From an uncultured Gemmatimonadales bacterium (GTDB lineage Bacteria; Gemmatimonadota; Gemmatimonadetes; Gemmatimonadales; GWC2-71-9): a stretch of DNA of 64,000 nt. The notes under the pieces are model-generated. The model was not told where the DNA came from. It ran no database searches and saw nothing but the letters and a program-made list of their open reading frames with translations. Location of the stretch: assembly GCA_963695555.1 (NCBI GenBank), contig CAVOGR010000003.1:1-64000 (forward strand), given 5' to 3'. The translations under genes were made by a program, and so were the position numbers. Of the stretch, positions 1-10,034 are shown in pieces (within the stretch, counting starts at the first letter, position 1; each line of letters starts with the position of its first letter).

Positions 1-93
1 CCTGGCGGCCGGACTGCGGACCGCGAGACACGGCAAGGCATTGCTCGCTCCGGTAGCGCGACTGTTTCGCCGACGTCGACGCCGCAGACGGCG

Positions 94-1074
94 GTGAGCG
101 CCAAACAGTTCGTTGTCGCCCTGGCGGTAGTCGGGGTCGTGGTGCTACTCGTGCCGGAGCACCTCTACGCCTGGACGCCGGCGACGCACATCTTCCTGGG
201 CAAGTCGGTGTTGGCGGAGCTGCATCAGCTCGCTCCCGCCGTCGCCGAGTTGCTCCGGGCGTTCCCGTTCGACTTCCTCTACGGCAACATCGCGGCCGAC
301 AGCTCGATTGCGAAGAGCTACGCACCCGTGAGCCGGCACTGCCATCATTGGCACGTCGGGCAAGAGATATACGATCATGCGCCGAACGACGCGCTCCGCG
401 CCTTCGGCCTCGGCTATCTGGCGCATCTCTCGGCCGACACGGTGGCCCACAATTACTTCGTTCCCCGCCAGCTCGCCCTCACCAGCAGCACCAGCTCCGT
501 GGGGCATGCCTACTGGGAAGCGCGGTTCGAGGCCCATCTCGGGGACGACTACGCCCTCGAAGCCAAAGAGATCATCCAGCTCGACCATACCCGGGCCGAC
601 GACCTCCTCGATCGCATCATTTCACCTACCATCTTCAGCGTGCGCACCAACCGCCGGCTCTTTCGCGGCATGGTCCACCTGACACAACGACCGACCTGGC
701 AGCGCGCGTTTCAAGTCGCGAAAGAACGAAGCCGCTGGGATCTGACCGACCACGACATCGAGCTGCACATGGCACGCTCGTTCGAATTCATCATGGAATT
801 GTTGGGTGAGGTCGAGCCGGCGGCGCGCCTGCTCGATCCGTCGGGCACGGAACCGCTCAAGTTGGCCAAGCAAATGCGGCGCGAGACCCTCCAGGACCGC
901 GGGCACCACGATCTGGACCGGCTGCACGAAATGGCGGAACAGCACTTCAGCCTGCCGGAGCGGCCGCTCGCGTTCTGGTCCAAGGCCGATCTGCCGGCCC
1001 CGTGGGCCGTCACATCCAACGGCAGAAAGAAGAAGAAGAAAAAGACGACACCGCGGCGCGCCGGCCCCGGCTAA
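94..1074 (+). CDS. Zinc-dependent phospholipase C family protein
   Basis: N-terminal hydrophobic segment followed by AWTPATH, GNIAAD, HCHHW, GYLAHLSADTVAHN and HAYWE, the W/H/D pattern of the Zn_dep_PLPC / P1 nuclease fold. Confidence 0.75.
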   Translation: MSAKQFVVALAVVGVVVLLVPEHLYAWTPATHIFLGKSVLAELHQLAPAVAELLRAFPFDFLYGNIAADSSIAKSYAPVSRHCHHWHVGQEIYDHAPNDALRAFGLGYLAHLSADTVAHNYFVPRQLALTSSTSSVGHAYWEARFEAHLGDDYALEAKEIIQLDHTRADDLLDRIISPTIFSVRTNRRLFRGMVHLTQRPTWQRAFQVAKERSRWDLTDHDIELHMARSFEFIMELLGEVEPAARLLDPSGTEPLKLAKQMRRETLQDRGHHDLDRLHEMAEQHFSLPERPLAFWSKADLPAPWAVTSNGRKKKKKKTTPRRAGPG

Positions 1075-2495
1075 CTGCGGAGTTGCTTCGCCAAGACCGG
1101 CTGGACCCCCTTGGGGTCCGCCTGCCCTTTGCTGGTCTTCATGACCTGACCGACGAAGAATCCCATGAGCTTGGTCTCGCCCTCGCGGTAGCGCGCTACC
1201 TCGTCGGGAAATGCGGCGAGCACCTCCGCCACCCAAGCCACCAGCTGATCGGTGTCGGCCACCTGGAGGAGTTGCAGCCGCTCGGCGACGTGGCGCGGCT
1301 CCTCGGCCGTCTTCAGGAGCTCGGTGAAAATCCGCTTCGCCGCCTGCAGGCTGACGACTCCCTCATCCACCAGGCCGATGAGCGAGGCCAGTCGGTCCGG
1401 AGCGATCCCGAACGTACCGCTCTCGTTGTAGGCCGACTTCACCTCGGTCCGGACCCAGTTGGCGGCCTTCTTATCGTCCGCGCCGGCCTCCACCACCCGC
1501 TCGAAGTATTGCGCCAAGCCCTTCTCCAACGTCAACTCAAACGCATCCTCGGCGGTGATGTTGCGGTATTGCCGGACGAAGCGATGCTGCATGGCCTCCG
1601 GCAATTCGCCCAGCTCTTCACGCTGGTGCTCGATCAACGATTGGTCGAGCACCAGGGGTGGAAGATCCGGCTCGGGGAAGTAGCGGTAATCGTGACTCTC
1701 CTCTTTTATGCGCATGGGACGCACCGTGCCGGTCGTCGCATCGAACAAGAGTGTTGCCTGGGTCACGCTGCCGCCCTGCTCGAGGAGTCCAGCCTGACGG
1801 TCCCGCTCTGCCGTGAGTGCGCGCTCCACGTTGGCAAAGCTGTTCATGTTCTTGACTTCGGTCTTGGTGCCCAGGATCGTCTCACCCAGCCGGCGGATCG
1901 ACAGGTTCGCGTCCACCCGCAGGCTGCCCTTTTCCATGCTGCAGTCGCTGATCCCGCTGAATTCCAGAATCTGCTTCAGGGTCACCAGGTACGCACGCGC
2001 CTCGGCCGGGCTCCGGAGGTCGGGTCCGCTCACGATCTCGGCCAGGGGGGCGCCGGCCCGGTTGAGATCCACGGCAGTCTTCCCCGGGAAGCGATCGTGC
2101 AACGACTTGCCGGCATCCTCTTCCAAGTGCAGCCGCGTGATGCTGACGACCACGTCCCCACGCTCGGCCGACGTGAACCGCACCGCCCCGCCCGTCGACA
2201 GCGGACGATCGAACTGCGAAATCTGGTATCCCTTCGGGAGATCGGGATAGAAATAGTTCTTCCGGGCAAACACACTCCGGGCATGCACCGTCGCGCCGAG
2301 AGCGAGCGCCGCCCGCACGCCGAGGCCCACGGCCAGGGCGTTGGGCACCGGAAGGGCGCCGGGCAGGCCCAGGCACACCGGGCACACATGCGTGTTGGGC
2401 GGGTCGCCGAAGGTCACGGCGCAGCCGCAGAACATCTTCGACTCCGTTGCCAACTGCACGTGGACTTCGAGCCCGATCACCGTCTCCCACGTCAC
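1071..2495 (-). CDS. gatB: Asp-tRNA(Asn)/Glu-tRNA(Gln) amidotransferase subunit B
   Basis: VIGLEVHVQL, CPVCLGLPGALP, RKNYFYPDLPKGYQISQ and DYRYFPEPDL motifs; GTG start at 2495 overlaps the gatA stop (the ORF track over-extends to 3395). Confidence 0.97.
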   Translation of the reverse strand: MTWETVIGLEVHVQLATESKMFCGCAVTFGDPPNTHVCPVCLGLPGALPVPNALAVGLGVRAALALGATVHARSVFARKNYFYPDLPKGYQISQFDRPLSTGGAVRFTSAERGDVVVSITRLHLEEDAGKSLHDRFPGKTAVDLNRAGAPLAEIVSGPDLRSPAEARAYLVTLKQILEFSGISDCSMEKGSLRVDANLSIRRLGETILGTKTEVKNMNSFANVERALTAERDRQAGLLEQGGSVTQATLLFDATTGTVRPMRIKEESHDYRYFPEPDLPPLVLDQSLIEHQREELGELPEAMQHRFVRQYRNITAEDAFELTLEKGLAQYFERVVEAGADDKKAANWVRTEVKSAYNESGTFGIAPDRLASLIGLVDEGVVSLQAAKRIFTELLKTAEEPRHVAERLQLLQVADTDQLVAWVAEVLAAFPDEVARYREGETKLMGFFVGQVMKTSKGQADPKGVQPVLAKQLRS

Positions 2496-3925
2496 GAGAG
2501 CGCCTCCGCGGTTGGGTCGATGGCCTGCTCGAGTGCCATCCCGACCGCCAGCATTCCGGTTTCGTCGAAGGCAGGAGCAATGAGCTGACCGCCGATCGGC
2601 AACCCGTCGATGCGTCCGATCGGGAGGCTCATGGCGGGGAGACCCGCCAGGCTGATCGCGGCGGTAAAGATGTCGGCCAGATACATGGAAACCGGGTCCT
2701 CGGTGCGCTCCCCCGCCGCAAACGCCGGCGTGGGCGTGGTAGGCGTGAACAGGTAGTCCACCCCTTGGCCGAACACCTGGCCGAAGTCCTGGGCGATGCG
2801 AACGCGAACCTGCTGCGCCTTGGTGTAGTAGGCGTCGTAGTACCCGGCGCTCAGCACGTACGTGCCGATCAAGATGCGTCGACGCACCTCCGGTCCAAAA
2901 CCGGCTCCCCGGGTTGCGCGATACAGGTCGCGCAGGCCCCCACCCTCCCCCACGACGCGCTGCCCATAGCGGGCCCCGTCGTACCGCGCCAGGTTGGAGG
3001 CCGCCTCGGCCGGGGCGATCACGTAGTACGTCGGCACGGCGTAGCGCGAGTGCGGCAGCGACACCGGCTTCACCGTGGCGCCCAACTCGCGCAGGACGCT
3101 CACCGCCCGATCCGTTGCCGCGCGTACGCCGGGATCGAGGTCGTCCGGGAAGTACTCCTGGGGCAGCCCGATGGTCATGCCGTCGAGCGAGGCCGGGCCA
3201 TCCGGCATCTCGGTGGGCGGCCGGTCGACCGTGGTCGCGTCCAGTGGGTCGTGTCCGCTGATGACGGATAGGATGCGCGCCGCATCGTCCGTCGTTTCGC
3301 CGAACACCGAAATGCAGTCGAGTGAGGACCCGAAGGCCACCAGGCCGTAACGGCTCACGCGGCCGTAGGTGGGCTTCACTCCCACGATGCCGCAAAAGCT
3401 GGCCGGCTGGCGCACCGACCCGCCGGTCTCAGAGCCCAGCGCCGCCGGCACCACGTGCGCCGCCACCACGGCCGCGGATCCGCCCGATGAGCCTCCGGGC
3501 ACTCGTGCCGGATCGAGCGGATGATGCACCCGGCCGAACGCGGAGTGCTCGGTTGAGGACCCCATCGCGAATTCGTCCAGGTTGGTCTTGGCGGCGATCA
3601 TGGCCCCCGCACCGCGGAGCCGGACCACCGCCGTCGCATCGAATGGCGAGACGTAGCCCTCGAGAATCTTGGATCCGCAGGTCGTCGGCTGCTCGGTCGT
3701 GACGATGTTGTCCTTGATCGCGACGGGTACGCCGGTCAGGGCGCCGCGTCCTTGCCCGTCGATTCGCGCCGCCTCCCGATCGAGTGCGTCGGAGGACCAG
3801 GCCAGGACGGCGTTGAGCGCTCGTGTCTCGGCCAGAGCGAGCCGCGCCGCCACCTCGCGCGCCATCGCGCCGGGCGAGCTTTGGCCGGCGCGTATGGCGT
3901 CCACGATTTCGGCGACCCGGCTCAC
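2492..3925 (-). CDS. gatA: Asp-tRNA(Asn)/Glu-tRNA(Gln) amidotransferase subunit A
   Basis: Amidase signature KDN...GGSSGGS...GSETGGSVRQPA; lies between gatC and gatB. Confidence 0.97.
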   Translation of the reverse strand: MSRVAEIVDAIRAGQSSPGAMAREVAARLALAETRALNAVLAWSSDALDREAARIDGQGRGALTGVPVAIKDNIVTTEQPTTCGSKILEGYVSPFDATAVVRLRGAGAMIAAKTNLDEFAMGSSTEHSAFGRVHHPLDPARVPGGSSGGSAAVVAAHVVPAALGSETGGSVRQPASFCGIVGVKPTYGRVSRYGLVAFGSSLDCISVFGETTDDAARILSVISGHDPLDATTVDRPPTEMPDGPASLDGMTIGLPQEYFPDDLDPGVRAATDRAVSVLRELGATVKPVSLPHSRYAVPTYYVIAPAEAASNLARYDGARYGQRVVGEGGGLRDLYRATRGAGFGPEVRRRILIGTYVLSAGYYDAYYTKAQQVRVRIAQDFGQVFGQGVDYLFTPTTPTPAFAAGERTEDPVSMYLADIFTAAISLAGLPAMSLPIGRIDGLPIGGQLIAPAFDETGMLAVGMALEQAIDPTAEALS

Positions 3926-4221
3926 TCCTCCTCCATGCCGTCGAGCTTCGGCACCAGAAAGAACCCATCGACGAATTCGGGGGCGAAGGCCGACGGCGCA
4001 TGAGCCAACCGCGTCGGCCGGACGACATCCTCACGAAGCCCCACACGGTCGGGCCCTGGGGCAAACGGTTCGGCCTGGCTCGGTATGGGTACTTCGTTCA
4101 ACTGATCGACGTAGTCGCAGATGCGGCAGAGTTCGTCGGTGACCCGTTCGAGCTCGGCATCGGGAATCTGGAGTTCCGCCAGCTTCGCGATGTGCAGCAC
4201 TTCTTCCCGCGTAATTCTCAT
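3922..4221 (-). CDS. gatC: Amidotransferase subunit C
   Basis: MRITREEVLHIAKLAEL...LREDVV...GFFLVPK; position upstream of gatA. Confidence 0.93.
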   Translation of the reverse strand: MRITREEVLHIAKLAELQIPDAELERVTDELCRICDYVDQLNEVPIPSQAEPFAPGPDRVGLREDVVRPTRLAHAPSAFAPEFVDGFFLVPKLDGMEEE

Positions 4222-6467
4222 GCCCCCTCCCACTCGCGCTCGAGTCCGGCGTAGGCCACGAGCAGCTGCTTAGTTCCCACGGATTCGTCATCGAAGGCCA
4301 CGGACACCCGAAGCCCCTTGCCGGTGCCTTGGAGGCCCTGAATGGTGCCGCTCCCAAACTGCCGATGGTGGACCCGTTCGCCACGCAGGTACCTGGGCGC
4401 GACCTGCGACTCGACCTCCACGGCCGGGACGGATTCCTGCCACGATCCTTGCTCGGTCCAACTCCGCCGCGTGCCGAAACGCCGGGCCGGTTCCCAAAAC
4501 GATGAAGTTCGTCGCTCCTCGGTGAGGTCCGGCGGGAGGACCCGAAGGAAACGGGACACCCGACCCGGTCGAAACTCGCCGCCGCGGCGCCGACGCTTGG
4601 CCCAGGTGAGGTACAACTTATCCTTGGCACGGGTCAAGCCGACGTAGCACAAACGCCGTTCCTCTTCGAGACCGCCCGGTTGCTCTTCGGCGCGCCCGAG
4701 GGGAAACAATCCGTCTTCCATGCCGGCCAGCGCCACCACCGGCCACTCGAGCCCCTTAGCGGTGTGCAACGTCATCAGCGTGAGACCCGCCTGATCGCCG
4801 ATCACGGTATCGTGCGCGCTGAAGAGCGCAGCCTCCGCGAGGAAGCGTTCGAGCATGGTGCCTTGCTGCTCGCCGTCCGATGCCGCCGCATCGTCCTCGA
4901 GCACTTCCGACCATGCCGCGGCACTGGCTACCAGTTCGCGCACGTTGTCCCAACGCTCCACGCCCTCGACACCTTCCGCCTCGAGCACCGCTTCGTAGTC
5001 GATTGCGGCGATGAGCAGTTCGAGGATAGCCGCAGGCGGCAAGGCACCGGCTTCATCCCGCAGCCGCTGGATCAGGGCCGTGAAATCGAGCAACCCGCGA
5101 CGCGCCTGCGGGCGCAACCCGGTAACGCGATCGGCAATGGCCGATGTGTCGAGCAGCGACTTGCTCCACTGGGTTGCCTGTTGGCCAAGGGTGATCAGGC
5201 TCGACGGTCCGAGACCGCGCCGGGGCACGGCAATGGCCCGGAGGAACGCTTCATCATCGGCCGGGTTGGCGACCAGCCGGAGATAGGCGAGGAGATCCTT
5301 CACCTCGCGGCGTTCGTAGAAGCTCACCGCGCCGATCAGCTTGTACGGCGTACCGGCCCGCCGCAGCGCTTCCTCGAACGCGCGCGACTGGGCATTGGTG
5401 CGATAGAGGATGGCCATCTCGTCGTAGGACCAGCTTCCGGTCTGGGCACGTTCGCCGAGTTCCCGGACCAGCCATTCGGCTTCATCGCGTTCGTCGGCTG
5501 CGGCCACCACCGTCACCGCTTCGCCCCCGCTCCGGCGAGTGAAGAGGGTCTTCCCCAAGCGTCCCACGTTATCGGCGATCACGTGATTCGCGGCGTCGAG
5601 AATGAGCTGGGTGGAGCGGTAGTTCTCCTCCAGCCGAACCACTGTTGTGCCGTCGAAGTCGGTTTGGAAGTCGAGCATGTTCTTGACCTTGGCACCCCGC
5701 CAGCCGTAAATCGACTGATCGTCGTCGCCCACGGCGCACACATTGCCGTCTGCACCGAGGAGCCGTACCAGATCGTATTGCGCCCGGTTAGTGTCTTGGA
5801 ACTCGTCCACCAGAACGAACCGGAACCTTTCCTGGTAGATCTTCAGGCGCTCACGGTGCTGTCGAAACACGGTCAGCGGGTGGATCAGCAGGTCGTCGAA
5901 GTCCATGGCGTTCGCCGCCTTGAGCGCGGGCCCCAGCGCGTGGTACACCTGGGCAGCCACGGCCACGAGCCGGTCGAACCCGGCGGATTCCTCCAACGCC
6001 CGAGGCTCGATCATCTCGTTCTTCGCGCCGGAGATGATCGACTGAACGGCGCGCGGCGAGAAGGTCTTGGCGTCGAGGTTCCGTTCCTTCATCAGCCGCC
6101 TGATGAGGCTCACCCGGTCGTCTTCGTCGTAGATGGTGAAGTTGCGGCTGAAACCCAACAAGTGGGCTTCGCGCCGGAGCAGGCGCGCCGACAGCGCATG
6201 GAAAGTCCCGATCCACAATCCGGCCGGGTCCCGCCCCAGCAGGCGGCCGACCCGCCGCTTCATCTCCTGGGCGGCCTTGTTGGTGAACGTGACCGCGAAG
6301 ATCCGCGTGGGGGTCACGCCGTGAGCCGCGATCAGGTGGGCGATTCGTGCGGTGAGGACCCGGGTCTTGCCCGAGCCCGCGCCGGCCACCACCAGCAACG
6401 GCCCGTCGACGTGCTCCACCGCCTGACGCTGGACTGTATTGAGATTCTGGTTGAGGGACTCGATCAC
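4218..6467 (-). CDS. pcrA: PcrA/UvrD family ATP-dependent DNA helicase
   Basis: AGAGSGKT, DEFQDTN, GDDDQSIYGWRGA, NYRST, TLHTAKGLEW and EEERRLCYVGLTRA; C-terminal Tudor-like GERVHHRQFGSG domain. Confidence 0.93.
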   Translation of the reverse strand: MIESLNQNLNTVQRQAVEHVDGPLLVVAGAGSGKTRVLTARIAHLIAAHGVTPTRIFAVTFTNKAAQEMKRRVGRLLGRDPAGLWIGTFHALSARLLRREAHLLGFSRNFTIYDEDDRVSLIRRLMKERNLDAKTFSPRAVQSIISGAKNEMIEPRALEESAGFDRLVAVAAQVYHALGPALKAANAMDFDDLLIHPLTVFRQHRERLKIYQERFRFVLVDEFQDTNRAQYDLVRLLGADGNVCAVGDDDQSIYGWRGAKVKNMLDFQTDFDGTTVVRLEENYRSTQLILDAANHVIADNVGRLGKTLFTRRSGGEAVTVVAAADERDEAEWLVRELGERAQTGSWSYDEMAILYRTNAQSRAFEEALRRAGTPYKLIGAVSFYERREVKDLLAYLRLVANPADDEAFLRAIAVPRRGLGPSSLITLGQQATQWSKSLLDTSAIADRVTGLRPQARRGLLDFTALIQRLRDEAGALPPAAILELLIAAIDYEAVLEAEGVEGVERWDNVRELVASAAAWSEVLEDDAAASDGEQQGTMLERFLAEAALFSAHDTVIGDQAGLTLMTLHTAKGLEWPVVALAGMEDGLFPLGRAEEQPGGLEEERRLCYVGLTRAKDKLYLTWAKRRRRGGEFRPGRVSRFLRVLPPDLTEERRTSSFWEPARRFGTRRSWTEQGSWQESVPAVEVESQVAPRYLRGERVHHRQFGSGTIQGLQGTGKGLRVSVAFDDESVGTKQLLVAYAGLEREWEGA

Positions 6468-6471
6468 GTGC

Positions 6472-7629
6472 TCAGGAATCCGCCAGCGGGAGTTTGATCA
6501 GGAAGCAGGCGCCGGCTTTGGTGGGCTCCAAGGTCAGGGACCCTCCGTGGGCGTCTTCGACCACCCGGCTCGCCAGGGCGAGTCCGATGCCCCACCCTCC
6601 CGTCTTGGTACTGATGCCCGGCTGGAAGATGTTGCGGTGCAGGTCCGCCGAGACGCCCGGCCCGGTATCGATGATGCGCAGCAAGCCCGCGCCGTCGGCC
6701 ACGTCGACATCCAGCGTGATGTCGCCGCTTTTGCCCTGGAGGGCGTCGATCGCGTTCTTGACCAGCGACTCCAGCGCCCACTCGAGCAACACCGGATCCG
6801 CCACGACCATCGGGCCCGGACCGCGGGCCTTCACATGGATGGTAATGGGGTTGGCGTGCCGGGGTAGCCGCGGCCGGAAGTACCCCGCTACCCGTTCGGC
6901 CAGGGCCCCCAACCCGAGCGGCTCGCTCCGGCCGGGGTTGCCGATGCGCTCGAAGCGCTGCGCGACGCGCTCCAGTCGTTCCGCGTCTGCCGCGAGGTAG
7001 CCCGCCAGTCCTTCGGGAGCCGCGGGCCGGGAGCGGAGTTGCTCGATCCATCCCTGGAGGCTCATGAGCGGCGTGCCCATCTGGTGCGCGGCTTCACGCG
7101 CCATGGCCACCCACAAGCGATCGCGCTGCGAAGCCATCGCGTGCCGGTACGCGTAGACCCCGATCAGCACCATGCCCAGGATGGTGAGGCCTTGCAGGAT
7201 GACCAGCGCCGTGAGTTGCTGTTTGGCCGGCACGGGCCCGTAGTGAACGGTCCCGCCGAGGCGATCGACGATCGGCGGGTTTTGGCGGTCAAGGGTCCGG
7301 ACGTACTCCTTCACGCGCGGATCGTCGAGTGGCGCATCGAACGGGAGATTCTCGGCCGCGGTCACCTGGCCCATCCCATCCGTCACAACCAGTGGAATCC
7401 CAAGCTGCTTCACTTGGTCCAGCAGATCGAGTAGTGCCTCGAGCTCGGCGCCCTCGGCCTGGCTGTTCAGCCCGGCAAAGACACCCGAGTACAGGCGGCT
7501 GGTGTTCCGAGCCTCGGACTTGAAGTGGTTTGCGACGAGAAAGCCGGTCCCTGTGCTGAGGCCGGCCAGAACTGCCACCAGCAGCACCACGATGGCCGGC
7601 GCCCAACGGCGCAGGCGGCGGTCACGCAC
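6472..7629 (-). CDS. Membrane-bound sensor histidine kinase
   Basis: Two TM segments, H-box EAAHQMGTPL, N-box KNAIDA, DTGPG and GWGIGL G-boxes. Confidence 0.9.
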   Translation of the reverse strand: MRDRRLRRWAPAIVVLLVAVLAGLSTGTGFLVANHFKSEARNTSRLYSGVFAGLNSQAEGAELEALLDLLDQVKQLGIPLVVTDGMGQVTAAENLPFDAPLDDPRVKEYVRTLDRQNPPIVDRLGGTVHYGPVPAKQQLTALVILQGLTILGMVLIGVYAYRHAMASQRDRLWVAMAREAAHQMGTPLMSLQGWIEQLRSRPAAPEGLAGYLAADAERLERVAQRFERIGNPGRSEPLGLGALAERVAGYFRPRLPRHANPITIHVKARGPGPMVVADPVLLEWALESLVKNAIDALQGKSGDITLDVDVADGAGLLRIIDTGPGVSADLHRNIFQPGISTKTGGWGIGLALASRVVEDAHGGSLTLEPTKAGACFLIKLPLADS

Positions 7630-8905
7630 TCCGACTCAAGCGCTCCGTTCCGACATAGGGAACGAGTCCGGCCGGGATTTGGACGCTGCCGTCCGCAGCC
7701 TGGTTGTTTTCCAGCAGCGCGATGATGGTTCGGGGCAGCGCCACCCCCGATGCGTTGAGCGTATGCACGAATTCGGGCTTGGCCTTCGGTCGGGGACGGT
7801 AGCGAATGTTCGATCGCCGCGCCTGGAAGTCGGTGAACGTGCTCGAACTCGATACCTCGAGCCACGTGCCGACGCCGGCGGCCCACACTTCCAGATCGTA
7901 CGTGCGGGCGCTGGCAAAGCCCGTATCCCCGGCGGCAAGTTCGACCACACGATACGGCAGGTTCAGCCGCTGCAGCACTGTTTCTGCGTGTTTCGTCAGG
8001 CGCTCATGCTCGGCCGCGGAATCCTCCGGCTTCGTAAAGCGAACCAACTCCACCTTGTCGAATTGATGGACGCGAATGAGCCCGCGGGTATCCTTGCCGT
8101 GGGCGCCGGCTTCGCGGCGGAAGCACGGCGTGTAGGCCGCATAGGCTAGCGGCAGGACGGCGGCATCGAGCAATTCACCGGCGTGGAGCCCCGTCACCGG
8201 CACTTCGGCTGTGGGAATCAAGTAGAGATCGTCGGCTTCACTGCGATAAATCTCGTCCACGAACTTCGGCAGCTGTCCTGTTCCGGTGATGGTCGCGTGG
8301 TTCACCACAAACGGAGGCGCCACCTCGCGGTAGCCGTGCTCCCGCGTATGGAGGTCCAACATGAAGTTGACCAGACCACGACTCAGCCGCGCCCCGGACC
8401 CGGTCAGGACGGGAAAGCCCGACCCCGCAATCTTGGCCCCGCGGGCCAGGTCCAACACCCCGAGCGACTCACCCAATTCCCAATGGGGCTTCGGGTCGAA
8501 GGCAAAGGTCGGCACTTCGCCCCAGGTGCGCACGATGCGGTTGGCACCGGCGTCGCCATTGGGAGTATCAGGATGCGGCAGATTCGGAATGGTGAGCAGA
8601 TGCGATTCGAGTTCGGCACTGACCGACCGCACGTCTTCATCGAGCGCCTTGACCCGCTCGCCCGATTCGGAGAGCACGGCGAGCAGATCGTCCGCCGGCT
8701 CTCCCGCACGCTTCCGGCGGGCGACCTCGTCACCGGCCGCGTTCCGTTCCGCCTTGAGTCGCTCGACCGCCGTCAGGAGTTCTCGATGACGGCGGTCGAG
8801 CGCGAGCACCTGGTCGAGGACGGCCGGCAGCGTGGGGTCCCCTCGCCGAGCGAGACTCGCTCGCGTCTGCTCGGGGTCCTGCCGGAGCTGTTTGAGGTCG
8901 ATCAC
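7622..8905 (-). CDS. serS: Serine--tRNA ligase
   Basis: N-terminal coiled coil, PTAEVP, FRREAG...GLIRVHQFDKVE, EVSSSS and HTLNASG. Confidence 0.97.
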   Translation of the reverse strand: MIDLKQLRQDPEQTRASLARRGDPTLPAVLDQVLALDRRHRELLTAVERLKAERNAAGDEVARRKRAGEPADDLLAVLSESGERVKALDEDVRSVSAELESHLLTIPNLPHPDTPNGDAGANRIVRTWGEVPTFAFDPKPHWELGESLGVLDLARGAKIAGSGFPVLTGSGARLSRGLVNFMLDLHTREHGYREVAPPFVVNHATITGTGQLPKFVDEIYRSEADDLYLIPTAEVPVTGLHAGELLDAAVLPLAYAAYTPCFRREAGAHGKDTRGLIRVHQFDKVELVRFTKPEDSAAEHERLTKHAETVLQRLNLPYRVVELAAGDTGFASARTYDLEVWAAGVGTWLEVSSSSTFTDFQARRSNIRYRPRPKAKPEFVHTLNASGVALPRTIIALLENNQAADGSVQIPAGLVPYVGTERLSRSA

Positions 8906-8908
8906 GTA

Positions 8909-9475
8909 TCAGGAATCGGGAAGCCCGGGCTCGAGTCCGCGGTACCCGCAATTGCGATTGGCCAATACTTCGAAGGTCAGCGTGCGCTGAGCCGGATCGA
9001 TGGAGAGAATCCGGAGCTTGGCATACAACGGAACGCCCAGACTGCAGGCGATTCGGGATCGGGCCACCCATGTCTGCCCGGGGCTGACCACCAAGGTGTC
9101 GGACGTCCGGTAGCCGTTCAGCTGCGCGATGGTCAAGGAGTCGAAATCGGCGGACGGCTCCAGCATCCCGGGCTCGAGGCTCAGGTTCTGTGCCAGGCCG
9201 AGGGCAGCCGGTGGAAGGAGCCAGGCCACGTCACCCGGGGCCAGATTGAACGCAAAATCGAAGTCGGGCCGCTGGTCGATCCGGACCGCACGGGCGTCGA
9301 TGATCGAATAGCCGCTGGGCGTGGAGACCGGGGTCCCCTCGTACGCGAAGAGAGAGATGGTATCGACCACATTGGGGACGGTGGCGTCCAGCAACGCATT
9401 GGGGTCGTCGCATGCGCCGAGCGCTCCGCCGGCCAACACGACCAGAGCCAAGGCACGGAACAATTTGTTTGACAT
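8909..9475 (-). CDS. Hypothetical lipoprotein
   Basis: Lipobox LGAC after a hydrophobic stretch; abuts serS. Confidence 0.75.
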   Translation of the reverse strand: MSNKLFRALALVVLAGGALGACDDPNALLDATVPNVVDTISLFAYEGTPVSTPSGYSIIDARAVRIDQRPDFDFAFNLAPGDVAWLLPPAALGLAQNLSLEPGMLEPSADFDSLTIAQLNGYRTSDTLVVSPGQTWVARSRIACSLGVPLYAKLRILSIDPAQRTLTFEVLANRNCGYRGLEPGLPDS

Positions 9476-9483
9476 AAAATGGA

Positions 9484-9512
9484 AGACTAAGCCCCGTGCA
9501 AAAGTGGGTCAA
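9484..9512 (-). promoter_or_regulatory. Sigma70-type promoter of the lipoprotein-serS-kinase-pcrA-gatCAB unit
   Basis: TTGACC-N17-TAGTCT on the minus strand, ending 8 nt before the ATG at 9475. Confidence 0.55.
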
Positions 9513-9526
9513 GCTCCCGTCGTTTC

Positions 9527-9556
9527 TTGACTTCGGTGGCGCGATTCTCTTAGGTT
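9527..9556 (+). promoter_or_regulatory. Putative sigma70-type promoter of the Roadblock operon
   Basis: TTGACT-N18-TAGGTT, divergent from the promoter at 9484-9512. Confidence 0.35.
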
Positions 9557-9595
9557 GCGGCGACAGGCAATCACATCTCCCACACCGATTCACTC

Positions 9596-9949
9596 ATGGC
9601 CCTGCTCCAGGACGTTGTGCACGCGGTGGCCCGCCGCCCGGGCGTCGAGGCCGTGGTTCTCGCGAGCCCGGACGGGCTCACGATCGAGCACGTCTCACCA
9701 CCGGCGACGGACGCCGACGCCATCGCCGCGCTCACGGCCACGCTCGCCCAACAGGTCCGAGACCTGGGCCGGGCCGCCGGGCGTGGCCGATTCGCCACCG
9801 CCGTGCTCGAATTCAACGGCGGGATGGTGGTCCTCGCCGAATTGGGCGTGGAGGGCACTCTAGTCGTGCAAGTACGGGCCGGAACCGACATCGGGCAACT
9901 CCTGTTCGACCTCGACCGCCACCGGCCGGCAGTGGCGGAGTTGCTGTAA
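9596..9949 (+). CDS. Roadblock/LC7 (MglB-like) domain protein
   Basis: PGVEAVVLASPDGLTI...DAIAAL...LEFNGG...DIGQL pattern, 117 aa. Confidence 0.85.
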   Translation: MALLQDVVHAVARRPGVEAVVLASPDGLTIEHVSPPATDADAIAALTATLAQQVRDLGRAAGRGRFATAVLEFNGGMVVLAELGVEGTLVVQVRAGTDIGQLLFDLDRHRPAVAELL

Positions 9950-10034
9950 CCCGGCCGCGCACCGACCCACCCTCCGTGCCTCCCCGCAAACCTCGTCGAA
10001 CCGGTTACCGCCCTCTCGGGCCCATGGGCACCCG

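Noticed and set aside
1071..3395. N-terminally extended GatB (also extended BirA, BshA, MiaA, MutL, BatD, GalM and MBL ORFs)
   Set aside because: The extensions overlap upstream genes in another frame and are Arg/Gly/Pro-rich shadow sequence typical of high-GC DNA.
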